Below, piece after piece: positions 11,684-24,015 of a DNA stretch of 64,000 nucleotides. The notes below the pieces were generated by a model. That model saw only the letters and a program-made list of their open reading frames with translations. It ran no database searches and had not been told where the DNA came from. The number at the start of each line of letters is the position of its first letter. Within the stretch, counting starts at the first letter, position 1. The DNA lies in contig NIVC01000040.1 in the NCBI GenBank assembly GCA_002269645.1, forward strand, positions 372,001 through 436,000. The letters are read 5' to 3'. A program made the translations under genes and the position numbers. Origin of the DNA: Macrostomum lignano. Taxonomy: Eukaryota.

Positions 11684-12939
11684 ATCTACCTTTCGTGACA
11701 ATATTAGTTTTGGGACTGAATTATCGATACATTGGGGAACGTGATTTATCAAGAAATTATTGGGATTGCTCTATCAGACCATCTCAGGGTACCGCGATCT
11801 TCGACTGGTGCATGATAAGCAGTTTTGCCTTAGGCCAATTCTCGGAAAGCTACCGAAAGTTTAATTTATTTGGGACTCCTGTCCACCCGGAAATAGAGAA
11901 ACTCGTCACTCCGCTCACTAAGAGTTTGCTGACAAGAGATCCGTCTGATCTAGGCCAGACGCTGAATCATCCTAGTGCTAGAGTGCGTGTGAGTCATAGT
12001 CTGCCGACAAACAAAGACTCTAGGAACCAAGAGGCCCAGAGGAAAAACTATAGCTCCGCGAGCTATAGGGCCCATAGGAAATTATAGGGCACTCGCGACA
12101 AGAGGTCTGTCTGGGTTCTGCAATAGATTTAATATTCTTGGTAGACTACTCGCCAGCCGTAGCCAAGTTAGTATTAGTCGTTTGTTTCATCGTTAAGATA
12201 TTAATAATTCCGGCAGGTCGTAATAACAACACGCCTACGATATTTGGTGTCTTAGCGGTGGAATTCAGCAGCCATGCAACTCCGGAACCTTTTATTAAAA
12301 ACACACCTGTTACACTTTGAGGCCAATTTTCATTTTCTAATTGCAGCGCAACTTAGGCACTAATCAAGTTATTTTAAAGTCTTGCGCATTGGTCCATCTA
12401 TCAAATTCCAGCCATAATTTTGTTGTCCGGTATCTTTTTTGTTACACTGTTAACTGGCATTTCTAAGGATCCCAGAATATTATTATTGATTCTAAATGAG
12501 TCAGCAGTACAAAAGTACAGTAAAAATACAGCTGCTGTAAACTACAGCACAATACTATATATATAGTGGGGCGACAAGAGAATGGCCCACACAATTAAAC
12601 TGAGTCGCCTGAAGTATATCTACACTGATCATTGTGATACATCTATTGGACAAAATCTATACCTCCATACATATTTCTGTAGAGTCAGAATCAATATCAA
12701 AATCAGCCTCCAAATTTTTTATGCGAATCGTCCTGGTGTACTGTTAATCTTTGTTTTGTAAAGGTGTTATTTTTTTACTCAAATTTTGGACGCGATAATA
12801 ACAAAAAACATTATGTATAGCATCTTTATTTGAGGAATAACAGCATGTTCAACTCTAGACCAACACATGTTTTCGTTTTTTCGCGAAGACATGTTTAAGC
12901 ACTTTTTAATTGGCGGTTATTAAAAATTAGAAAGGACCG

Positions 12940-13076
12940 GTAACGGAAGTATCGGACGGAAGTTACTTTTTTTTAAAAGTACCGCGGTACCAGAACAAGT
13001 GCAGGAAGTTACTTCCCTTGGAACCGGAAGTTACTTAACCAGAAGTTACTTTTTCAGAGTAACTTTCCCAACACTG
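12940..13076 (-). mobile_element. hAT-like transposon end truncating the LINE
   Basis: Minus strand begins CAGTGTTGGGAAAGTTACT with repeated AAGTAACT/AGTTACTT subterminal motifs. LINE RT homology stops exactly here. Degraded ..NMLLFLK* near 12830-12900 resembles a hAT dimerisation-domain end. No partner TIR seen. Confidence 0.45.
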
Positions 13077-13682
13077 GTCAGACTGGCCGTCCGCCGTCAC
13101 CACAGCAGCTTGAGTGTCGCGATACAGTGCCATGACAGCGTCGAGTAGCTGCTGGGGTACCCGGTAAACTCGCAGGACAAAGGGGAGCGCGGCTCTCAGC
13201 ACCGAGTCAAACGCCTTTCGAAAGTAAACGAAGACAATGATCACGTAGACTGGCGGATGCGCGCCTCCTCGATGACACGGCGGAGTGCGAGGATCTGTGT
13301 CATTGTACCGCGTTGCGGCCGGAATCCGTTCTGCTCGTACCGCAGGTACGGGTCCATGCAGCACCGGCCGACTGCAGACGATATCGAGCAGCAGCCGCTT
13401 GAAGAGCTTCGCGGTGCAGGACATCAGCAAGAATCCGCGGTGGTCTTCTTTCCCAGTTGTCCCTGCCTTTTTTGAGATCTGCACGATGTGCGTGACGGTC
13501 CACTCGGGGGGGTGCAGGATCGAACGCGGGCGAGTACGCGGTTCAATGACGCTTACACAGTGGAGCCGCAGCGCTTTGACTGGGACTTCGTCGGGGCCTT
13601 GCCGCCTGTTGTTTTCCGAGAGAACAGCACAACGTCCTCCGTGGTGACTGGTCTGGTGCAGAAGTCCTCGGCTGGGAGCGGC
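13077..13682 (-). pseudogene. LINE (RTE-like) ORF2 fragment, reverse transcriptase N-terminal part, frameshifted
   Basis: GPDEVPVKAL, PPEW..IVQISKK, YFRKAFDSV, YRVPQQLLDAVMALYRDTQAAVVTADG motifs. Confidence 0.85.
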
Positions 13683-13687
13683 ATGTC

Positions 13688-16600
13688 TGTTGTGCTTTGA
13701 GGCAGCGTGGCCAAATGAATAAGATGCGAGAAGCGATTGCAGGGTAGAAAAAGTCACAAAGGCTTGAAAGGCCGGTGCACACTATATTATAGTTAAACTA
13801 TACAAACCAGCATGATTCAGCAAACATCAAACCCCCCACCCGGCCTAGGCCGGTCTGGGCAGACAGGCAAACCTCCCAGCCAATCAGAACGCAAGAACCC
13901 TAACCGGCGTACAAGCCGCATACACAACATCACCCCCCTTGAAAAAGCAACGAGAAGCAACGCATGGGGAACACAACAGTCCATAGAGTGCGCACAGTAA
14001 AAAATTATTCAGTTCGCGAATCAACTCTGACTGAACCGGACCGGAGCTCTTCTTGTTCGGCCGCTTCGTCTCGGCGGTGTCAGCGGCGTCTCGTTGGCCG
14101 GCGCCCTTGCCAGCGGCGCTAGCGCTGGCGCTGGTGTTGGCGCCATCAGAGCACAGAGTTCGGCATCGGTCGTGTCGCTGTCCGCTGACGGTGTACTCGG
14201 AACGCGAACCAGGTTGTCAGAGTGCCATTGCGTGCCTTCGTCTAGCAGCCAGGACTCTGGGCCCAGCCGCCGGGTGATCCTTCGAGTCTCGCCGAGCCTT
14301 GTCGCCAGCTTTTGAGACGTCTGTGGCCTGCGGACGCGCACGGAGTCGCCAGCCCGCAGTCGCGAGGGTCGGGCTCCTCGGCGCCGGTTGGTGGCCAGCC
14401 TGGCCTTCTCCTTGTTGGCCTGGACTCGACGCTCGGTCTCCGATGGCACCGTTGGACTCAGGGGGCGGATGCCTCGACTCCACTGGCTCAGAGGTCCTCG
14501 AAACGGCCGACCGACCATCTGCTCAGCCGGCGTCAGGCCCGTGGTTGCATTCGCTGTCGACCGGTAGCATTGCAGGAACTCGCGGATTGCCTCCTTGAAG
14601 CTGATGGTCGCTCGAAACAGGACAGGAAGTCTGGCACAACGTTATCCTTTCCAGGCTTATACTCGACGTTGAAGTTGTACTGCAGGAGCCGGTCGTTCCA
14701 TCGGTGGATGCGCAGCGGCTTGTGCCCGGTGCCTTGGGTACACAGTAGTGCCTTGAGAGCCAAATGGTCAGTGCGCAAAGTCAGCCGTCAACCGTAGGTG
14801 TAGACGTGCCAACGCTCGAGAGCCCAGAAGCACGCCAGGGCCTCTTTCTCGCTAGCTGAGTATCTGGACTCCGTTGGCGTCAGTGCTCGCGAGGCGTAGG
14901 CCACCGGCTTCTCTGACTCGCCTACGCGTTGAAGCAGCACCGCGCCAAGCGCGAAGTCAGACGCGTCGCACTCGACGATGGTGTCAGCGTTGCAGTCGAA
15001 GTCGGGTATGAACTTGGCGAAGTAGTTGTCGGTTGCCAGGAATGACGAGACGCTCCGTGCTGTCGTCGGTGCCGGGATGCGGAGCACGTCTTCGATGTTA
15101 GACTTGGACGGTCGAACTCCATCGGCTGAGATCCTGCAGCCTAAGAACACGATCTCCGGGACGCCAATCTGGCATTTCTCCTTGTTCAGCGTCAGCCCAT
15201 TTTCGCTAAGACGTTCGAGTACTGTCTGAAGCCGCTTGCCGTGCTCGTCAGAGTTGACGCTGTGAATGACGATGTCGTACACTCTTGATGTCGGCCAGAA
15301 CGGTTGAAAGGATTTTCTGGAAGCAGGTACCAGAACTAGAAATGCCGAACGGGACCCTAGTGAACTGGTAGAGCCCGCAGTGAGTGATGAACGCGGTCAG
15401 CTGCCTACTGCCGGGGTGCAGTGGGATCTGCAGGTAGCTCTGCTTCAGGTCCAGCTTGCTGAAGATCTGCGCGCCTGCAAACTCTGCGGCCAGCTCCTCC
15501 TGGATCGGCACGGGAAACTTATCCGGGTTGATCGCTTGGTTGCAGTAGCGCAGATCAACGCACAGTCGCAGGTCGCCATTCTTCTTCTTGGATACGACTA
15601 GATTGGACACCCAGGGAGAGGCATCAATCTTCTCGATGACACCTGCGGCCTCCATCTTGCTTAGCTCGTCCTTCACGCAGTCCTGAAGTGCCAGCGGCAC
15701 CCGGCGCAGCGGCCGCGGAACTGTCGGTGTCGCATCCTGGCGCAGCTGTGGTCGATGGCAAAACTTCTTGGCCATACCGATGCCGTCGAAGATTCCCGGG
15801 AACTCTCCAGCGATATCATCGATGCTGTTAATTGCGTTGACTCGGATTGAGAATCCCAGCTTGTCGTGCGATGAAGAAGCGGCAGATGGCGGACTTGCCG
15901 CGGTGCACAACGCACAGCTCTGCGGTCCCGAGCACGTCAATTGCAGAGCCTGTGTACGAGAACAGCTGCTTCGGAGTCGGCGTGATGACCGGTTGCTTCG
16001 ACAGGCGTTTCACGGTCTTCTCGTTGATGATGTTGACTCTTGAGCCCGTGTCCAATAGGAGCCTGACGTCGATGTCAGCAATGCTGCACGTCGCAAAGTT
16101 AAGGAGCGACGATTCATATTCTACCGCAGATACTTCGTATGGCTCGTCGTCTACGTCCTTTACGGTGCGAACCTGGCGTCGCTGTCGGCAGCAAGCTTTG
16201 AAGTGTCCGACCTTGTGGCAGTGCAAGCAGGTCTTGTCCTTCGCTGGACACTCTAAGGCGCGGGCGGCGTGCCCGGCCCTCACGCAGTTGCCGCACCGTG
16301 TCTCTGCGCCGGATTTCTGCGGTGCCGCATGCTTGGGTCCCTTGCGTGATGGCGTACGCTGGCTGACCTTCTGGATGCGGGACTCGTCCTTGTCGCTCTT
16401 GCCGTCGCGCAGCTTCTTGGCGTCGTTGATTGGAGATTCGACCTGAATCGCCAATGTCATCGCCCTATCCAGCTCGAGCTCCTTCTCCATGAGCAGTCAG
16501 TCGCTCTCGAATGCGCGGCGAATGGGTCTTCTCGATGATCTGGTCCCGGATCATCTGATCATGGAGAGCGCCGCATTTGCAGTCTGCTGCGAGTTCTCGG

Positions 16601-17200
16601 AGGGCGTCGACGAACTGGCTGACTGGCTCGCCTGGCATCTGGGCGCGCGACTTGAACTTGTAGCGGTTGCTGATTGTGCTGTGCGACTGACCGAAGATCG
16701 TTTTCAGTGCAGCCACCAGCTTGTCAAATGTAACAACGCTCATTGTGGACAGATTCCTCAGCGCGTAGACTCTCTGGCCTTCCTCGCCTAGTAGATGAAC
16801 AAGAATCGCCTTCTTGCGTGCATCCGATGCTTCATTTAGGTCCAAGGCCTCCAGATAAATCTTGAATCCTTCGATCCAACGATTCCAAGGCGTGTGTGGC
16901 TGTCCTGGGTGGGCGAGAAACACGCGTGGCTCGGAAATGCTCAGACTCGTTGCCATGTTGTGCTTTGAGGCAGCGTGGCCAAATGAATAAGATGCGAGAA
17001 GCGACTGCAGGGTAGAAAAAGTCACAAAGGCTTGAAAGGCCGGTGCACACTTATATTATAGTTAAACTACACTAATACCAGCATGATTTAGCAAACATCC
17101 AACACCCCACCCGGCCTAGGCCGGTCTGGGCAGACAGACAAAACCCCCAGCCAATCATAACGCAAGAACCGTAACCGGCGTACAAGTCGCATACACAACA
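13688..17200 (-). mobile_element. Ty3/gypsy LTR retrotransposon, internally deleted (3513 bp), inserted in the LINE
   Basis: LTRs 13688-13929 and 16956-17200 (TG..CA). TSD ATGTC at 13683-13687 and 17201-17205. PBS TGGCAACGAG (16946-16955). PPT AAGGGGGGTGA (13930-13940). Confidence 0.95.
14021..16956 (-). pseudogene. Degenerate gypsy gag-pol
   Basis: Gag MATSLSISEP..PWNRWIEGFKIYL; zinc knuckles including CLHCHKVGHFKACC; protease LLDTGS; RT LCVDLR/FSKLDLKQSY/VPFG with YxDD reduced to YD; RNase H ECDASDFALGAVL..ASEKEALA. Several frameshifts; integrase core absent. Confidence 0.9.
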
Positions 17201-17205
17201 ATGTC

Positions 17206-17996
17206 CAGTGGGAGCGCAAAGCTGGCGGGCAGTGGCGACGCGGGCGCGATCACGATGCCGGCGAAGAAGTCGCGCAATTCATTCCTGCACTTCTCCGGGG
17301 TGTCGCTGGCCAGGTTCAGCGCCACGCGCTTTCTGCGCCCCGTCGGACGGCCATCCACACTGCGCGGCCAGGTGCAGTGATGGACCTGACGGCGTCGTCG
17401 ACAGCGGCCTGTTGCCGCTCATCCAGAAGGCGCTCAAACGCGTCTTCAGCGTCGCCCGTGGGCCGCCGGTTTCTGTGGAGTCGCTCGATGTTGAGCCGCG
17501 CCTACCTGATGGTCGGGTCGCTCTGCCAGACAGGCAGCAATTTTTGCGCTGGCCGCATCAGTGGGACCGTCTGCTCTTCGGCGGCTCTAACGGCGGTGCT
17601 GATGTCTGCAAATTAACGCTTGATGCGGGTGTCCAACAGAGCGCAGATAGTAGCGCCGTGGCCGCTGCTTTGGCGGTCCGTAGAGCTGGTCGCGGAGCCG
17701 CTAAGTCGCAGATCAGGAGTCGGTGGTCTGACCGGAGAGTCAGCGGAGCCATGGTGTCGCAGTTGGTGACGCGGCGCTCGCGAGTGCGAACCAGCGCATG
17801 ATTGAGTTGCGCCAGTCTCCTCTCGTGGCGTTCCGTCTGCGTGCGTTCCGTCGCCTTCTCTTGCAGCCCGCAACGGTGACCAGGCGGGCAGGGGCTTGCG
17901 GAACTGGGTGTTCGCGGATATCCTCAAAATTCTCAACATCGATGTTGTCATTGAAACTAAAAAGCTCAGATCTGGAGGTGCTCCCGGTCCAGACAA
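17206..17996 (-). pseudogene. LINE ORF2 upstream part (APE endonuclease C-terminus and linker)
   Basis: RSDHRLL motif. Removing the gypsy and one TSD copy restores ALPLDMPLPAEDFCTRPVTTEDVV..GGKAP, continuous with 13077-13682. Confidence 0.8.
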
Positions 17997-20559
17997 TTAG
18001 ATTCCCAATATTGTCCTGAAGCTTGGGCCTAGCCTTGATTCAGTTAAAATGCATTGCCCGTATCTTCTAGGCTATTTCCTTAGGCCCCAAAGAGTATTGA
18101 GCTGGCGACCCTCAATACTCTTTGTTAGGCCCGGAAGAGCTAGGCTATCAATAAAATGGTTCCAAAACACAGAAAACCTGCTAGGGGATATCTTCAGTAG
18201 TAACAGACCCTCAAGCTTCACCTCGTGCTGGGGAATCTATTCAGATATACAGCATGAAAATAATAATTACCGAGAGGAACCTGCGTGCAACACTGGATAA
18301 CAAAAGGCATAATTGATGAAGACCAATATGTGCCCGCGGTCAGGCAAGACAATGTGTATTTTCAGAACACCTGTGAGCCGTACAATGTTATCAAACGTAA
18401 GCCTTGCCCGAGTACATGTACAGGAATTGAACAGCACTAATGTATACTACAATAAAACAATTACTTATGTACGTTAAAATATCAATTTCAGAAAGTTTGT
18501 GCTTTCAGATTTCTTGCAATTTCATAAAGTTTGTAAAAATGGCTGACAATTTCTCATGACGCTTGCAGTGTAATGCACATGTACATGTCACCTGAAGCAC
18601 AAATAGAATTAATGACTGGTGAATGAACGACTAAGGTGACTATAATGAATTAGCACGCTCGATCACCTCTGGCAATCACCTCTTTTATTAATGATTCGGC
18701 TTGTAAGAACAAATGGCACTGGACAGACGCGTATTACTTGCGTTGTGCATCATCTTGCGTTACAGCTACAGTACGTATACAGTACAAGGACTACTTTAGT
18801 TGTCCTTGATACAGTACGAGCTTGCATAGCAGAATGTTTGCGCTCCAAATTAAGTGTCCTTTACATATAGTGAAAAACGTTTACTTGCATGAGCAATAAA
18901 TGCCTACATGTGCATGTAATACCATTTGCTACACTATATTTCGTGCAAGTATATACTCTCGTAACATTTGCCTGGTGCATGTATACGTAGTATGTGTACA
19001 ATGTGTGCGTACATGTCTCTATGACTATGGATCTGCACCACCAATATTTTTAGACATAGCTCGTACATGTACATGTACACATACCCGGTACAAGCTGACT
19101 TATCTTACATCGGCTGTAGAGCTAGAGAGTGCATATGGTTCAATGCAATTGGTTTAATGATTATCCTATGATGATTTTATCGAGATAGAAAGCGTTCGAT
19201 TTCACCAGTTAGCGAAAAAGTCAAATCTGCAAGAATTATCAACAAATAGTTGAATTTCATTTTCATTATGAAAGCCCAGTCGAAGAGCTCAAGTATAGGC
19301 AACAATGATTGCAGTGTACTTTTGGATGGAAACGTTTAGGAGATGTCAGAGATTTAAGAAGACTGTAGGATCGATAATTTATAGTTATCAAAAATACACT
19401 CGGCAACAATTTTTTAGAACAAAAAATGGCAAGTTTAAATTTGAACAATGGATGATATACATTTACAAAATTAGGGTTCCTTTAAAATTGACATCTACCG
19501 GATAATTTTGAATTGAGTGCAGTGGCACACAGAAAGCGCGAGAAGTAGCTAATAAGAGTACAGCAAGCTGTCTATGGCCAAAACTCAGCCATAGATAGCT
19601 AATCAAAGCGTTAGCAGGATTTTCTATAAGCTCTTAAGAGCAGTAAGGATTATTTTATAAACCTAACTCGAAAAAATACATGATCACAGCATCATCGAAA
19701 AGTCGCCATCACAGAAGATTCCGTCTGTGGTCGCCATACGGTAAGGGCTTGTGATCGAAGCGGAGTTTAAAAACCATTCTAAAATGCTCTTTCTTGTTTT
19801 GTTCTAGCTAAGCAGATTGCATTTTTGTCGTCACCTTCTATTAATACAGCGAAATTTTCTCATGATAAATTGCATTGCATAGCCGCTATGGATCAAATTA
19901 AATGTCACTTTTCCAGCCTTGCTACCATAGACAAAAGCTCCATCACTTCGTCATATTTATTAATCACCCAGGTACTTTAGATCGAGTACAGATAAAGATT
20001 AGCTAAACACATTGTGAACTTTGAAAGTGTCATGCCGGCTAAAACAAAAGAACAAGTAAATAAAAAAACAATACTTCTTTTACAATAGCTGAAAAAATAC
20101 AGAGATTGAATTGGCAATACAGAATTTGTTCCATCAGCAGCTGGTCAAAAGTTAAACAAATTTACGCTCGTATATATAATTTATATATGAATACTGAAAT
20201 TAGACCAAGGGTCGTAAAAATTCCGCCCTCTGGTCCCTTTGAAAGTTCACAATAGCAATCCACCCCGCCCAGGGTTGGTGTCTCTCCTCAGCTCCTCTTC
20301 TCTTCTCTCATTTTATTTCTCATCCGGCCCACAGCCATGAGCCGGATTCTTTATAACTGATCGTTGAGGTAAACAATTTTTTAAGCCCGAAATTACATGT
20401 AGAGTAACTATCACATATGCTAAATAGAATAACTACTAGGACATGTCAACTCGCAAACAATGCGTTTATTTACTCTTTTTCAGTAGAAAATGTGCCCTTT
20501 TTACATTCATAATCGTAAAATATCGATTCAATGCGCGTGCAAGGCAAGCCATGTAAGAA

Positions 20560-21350
20560 AATCAGCCAGCCCCCAGCCAGGCTGATCAACAGTTTGGCGT
20601 TCCTCTTGCCCGCTTGCCTGTGTCGTCTGACTCATAGATAAAGTATACATAGATTCCACCCCTGCCCAGAATGTACACACGCTCGTGTCCAAACTTTGAC
20701 CACCATAAAACTCACCGTGCTCTCATTGGCTGGCGCGAAAGCCTTCCTTTCAACACCTTCGATTTCATTCCCTCACCCCTTCCACACAAGAAAGCTTTAT
20801 AACTTTAATGCGCGGAACGAAAGGATGTCTTACCAGTTTCAACAGTTAAAGCGGAGATAATAGAAAAGCGGAGTTGGGGGAATGTACACACGTGGACTCA
20901 ATGTGCATAGCGTGGCCCAGCCAATAGGAGCGCAGTGAATAAAGTGATGGTCACAATTTAGACACTCCGCGGGGGTAGGGGTGGAATCCATGTATACTCT
21001 ATCTATGGTCTGACTTTCACCTCTCTCCTTACTGCTCTCTCATTGGCTGAGATAAATTGGGCCTGCTTCCTTAGGCTGACATTCGTCCGTCTGACTTTCA
21101 CCTCTCTCCTTACTGCTCTCTCATTGGCTGAGCTAAATTGGGCCTGCCTCCTTAGGCTGACATTCGTCCTTCTGACTTTCACCTCTCTCCTTACTGCTCT
21201 CTCATTGGCTGAGCTAAATTGGGCCTGCCTCCTTAGGCTGACATTCGTCCTTCTGACTTTCACCTCTCTCCTTACTGCTCTCTCTCTCATTGGCTGAGCT
21301 AGATTTAGCCTGCCCCCCCTAGACTGAGTTTGTCCGTCTTGCGCTCACTT
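20560..21350 (+). mobile_element. Non-autonomous repeat carrying an internal 81-bp tandem array (copy 1, interrupted by a MITE)
   Basis: Array 21008-21330 with period 81. Unique flanks (CCCCCAG..AACAGTTTGGC..TCCTCTTGCC; GTCTTGC..TCACTTGTGT) match the reverse complement of 36315-36790. Confidence 0.7.
20633..21007. mobile_element. MITE with 8-bp TSD (hAT- or P-type), 375 bp
   Basis: TIR CATAGATA(A/G)AGTATACAT(A/G)GATTCCACCCCT plus further imperfect inverted homology. TSD GTCTGACT at 20625-20632 and 21008-21015. Confidence 0.9.
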
Positions 21351-21612
21351 GTGTTGTCACAAAGTTGTCACATTAAATTTAAGTGACACTGCGCAGACAA
21401 ACAACTGAGAAAAAGTAGACTTTCACTTTCACAACTTCAATTGCGAGTGACATATCTAGTTATTCTAGTACTCGTAGCTGTGGATAAAAGAAGACATCGA
21501 CAGGCAGAAGGTAGGCGAAAATTGGTACCTATTGCGAGAGTCGAGACCAGTCTGGATAAATTGACAATCATTAAATCAAGCATAAAATCACAGTTAAAAA
21601 TGTCCATAAACA

Positions 21613-23225
21613 TTAACTCTTCATGATATCGTCGCTACTTATGGACAATCCAGGACGCCTTGGTGAACCGCGACAGATGTTCTGCAGTTTACCGAAGAGC
21701 CATGTACACGGACCTAAAATGGTAATATTAGTAAGAATCTTTTATCGTTTATGATATATTTAGTGCTAATTGTTTTTTATTAAGTTCTACATATTAAAAG
21801 CCTTGATCTTTTAAACTATAAATATTAATGATAGAAACATCGTCCGTTTATAAAAATAAGTAATGGAATAGGGTCTACATCGCCTGAAGCATCAATCAAT
21901 GAATTCAGAGGTGAGATGTCAAGGCTTACGGGGGATTGCTAAGATGTCAAGGCTCAAGGAGGAACTGATGAGATGCTAAGGTTTATAGCGGAATTGATGA
22001 GATGCCATGGCTCATAGGGGGAATTGTTGATATGCTAAAGCTTATTGGGGTATTGCTGGGGTCTACGACAATTTGACTGCCACAAATTGACTGCGGCAAT
22101 TTGACTGCAAACAAAATGACTGCCAAAAATGACTGCCAAAAAACACCCCAAGCTCTTTATTCATGATCGTATTTATGCAAGGCTTTTACATGAGCAAAAA
22201 TGCAAGCTACATTTGGCTTTCAACAAATAATACGTGCATGTATATCTACTAATGTTCAAACGGATCCTGCACATGTAGCTGTGTTCCATGAATGCTGTTT
22301 ATAGAACTAGCCGCACGCTAGCGTATCACTAGCTTTAGCTTTGACTAGGCCTAATAAGAAAGCCAAATGTGGCTTGCATTTTTGCTCATGTAAAAGCCTT
22401 GCTAGGTTCGCATAAATACGATCATGAATAAAGAGGCCTGGAGTGTTTTTTGGCAGTCATTTTGCTTGCAGTCAAATTCCGCAGTCATTTTGTCAGCAGT
22501 CAAATTGCTTGGCAGTCAAATTGTCGTGCACCCGTATTGCTGAGATGCCAGTATCGTTGGGGAAATTGCTGGTATGCCATGGCTCACAGGGGTGCTGATA
22601 TCTCAGGCTAGATTAGCTGGCTTTTAAGGCTAACGCTTTAGGAATTTCAGAATTAACTTTTATCTCAAACGCATGATTTTGACAAGCAAGGACTTGTTCT
22701 AAAGGTAGATAATTATTTTTTCCTCAAAAAAACTCATAAGTCGTTTATTAAATTTTATAATGCAGACAGACTACTGAAAAGCAATCCTCAATGCTTACGC
22801 GATATTCCACAGAAATCCAGTACAACTAAAACGATCAAAGCAAAGACAAAGATGATTGTCCATAAGTAGCCAGATAAGCAAGTCTCTTGCGTTGGAGTTG
22901 GTATTGACGCTGGGATTGTGCTGCAAGAACACTTCTGGCGAGTGCTACTACTAGTACTTTTAGTAGTATCCGTCATAGTAGTATCCGAATTCTTTACATT
23001 CACTTGCATTATGCAATTACTATCGTTCCATAGACGACAACATTTTGAATAAAATATCGGCCTTGCCAGCATTTCAACAAATCTTGGATCAAAGCATACG
23101 TCAGGACACTTAGCCAGTGAGTCAGTTCGTTTGTTATAGTAATAATTACTATCTGGCAGGTTCGTGTCAACTTGCAACTGCGGCGGCGCGTCGCAAAGTA
23201 ATAAGTTTTGAGCCAGCGGTAGCGA
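21613..23225 (-). CDS. Cys-rich single-pass membrane protein, paralog 1 (start codon not located)
   Basis: Exon 22799-23225: ..KRTDSLAKCPDVCFD..SKCCRLWNDSNC, Thr/Ser stalk, CSC, hydrophobic GYLWTIIFVFALIVLVVL, then phase-1 donor C|GTAAGC. Candidate last exon 21613-21713 (RPCTWLFGKL..) is in frame. Confidence 0.65.
21905..22600. repeat. Degenerate approximately 40-bp tandem repeat split by the Mutator MITE
   Basis: GAGATG(T/C)CA(A/T)GGCT(C/T)A..GGGG..TTG units on both sides of 22059-22533. Confidence 0.6.
22059..22533. mobile_element. Mutator-like (MULE) MITE, 475 bp
   Basis: About 170-bp imperfect TIRs beginning GGGT..ACGACAATTTGACTGCCA with internal TGACTGC repeats. 9-bp TSD GTATTGCTG at 22050-22058 and 22534-22542. 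Confidence 0.92.
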
Positions 23226-24015
23226 CTAGCAAGTTTTAAACAATGTGAAGTTTCGAGCTTGTAAAAAACATCCAGTCGAAATAGGCTTCTGCTTCTAACA
23301 AAACCTACGAATGTTAAATAGCATATTTATGGCAAATAAAATAAATGAAAAACTACAAAGTCGAAAAACAGAAAAAGTCCACCGTAGATGGAACTTGCAC
23401 GCTTATTTATTGGTTTATAAAGCTTCAATTTATCAATATAGAAAAAGGCCAATTGTGAAAAATTTTATAAATTTAAAAAAATATGTTTTCATAAAAAAAT
23501 GATAAAAAAAAATGAATAGCTAAAAAACACTTGAAGTTTAGAGATTGCAGAATGACAAGTGACATGGATATTTTTATATTTAACATAATTGGTAAAAATA
23601 TACATTTTTTATTATGATGATTATTAATCGTATTACAGTAAATGTTTTTAGGAAAGTAAAGTTCACCTCCTGTTTTTAAGTGCAGTTGAAAATTTTATAG
23701 CTCTACCCGTGAGCATTTTGAACATGAAATCTGCAGAGAATATAGTATTTCACCTGAAGACTCAAGTGTGCGCATTTAATAAAATGATAATACATATGTA
23801 CGAGTATATACATCATGTATATTAAAAGCCATTAATAATTTCTTTTTTTGGAATGATAAATGACATATTTAAATTATTTACAATGTCTAAAATACGATTG
23901 AAGTGGCTAAACCAAGTTCGAAAATCACCAAGCGATCGGATTTAGCAACCACGGTGCCTAGCGCGAGTTCCAATCTCATTTCTGGGACACGCGCGTAGAA
24001 GCTGGCGACAGGACT

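Noticed and set aside
18785-18808. Near-perfect hairpin CAAGGAC..GTCCTTG as a Helitron 3' end
   Set aside because: No CTRR terminus at the expected distance and no second copy in the window.
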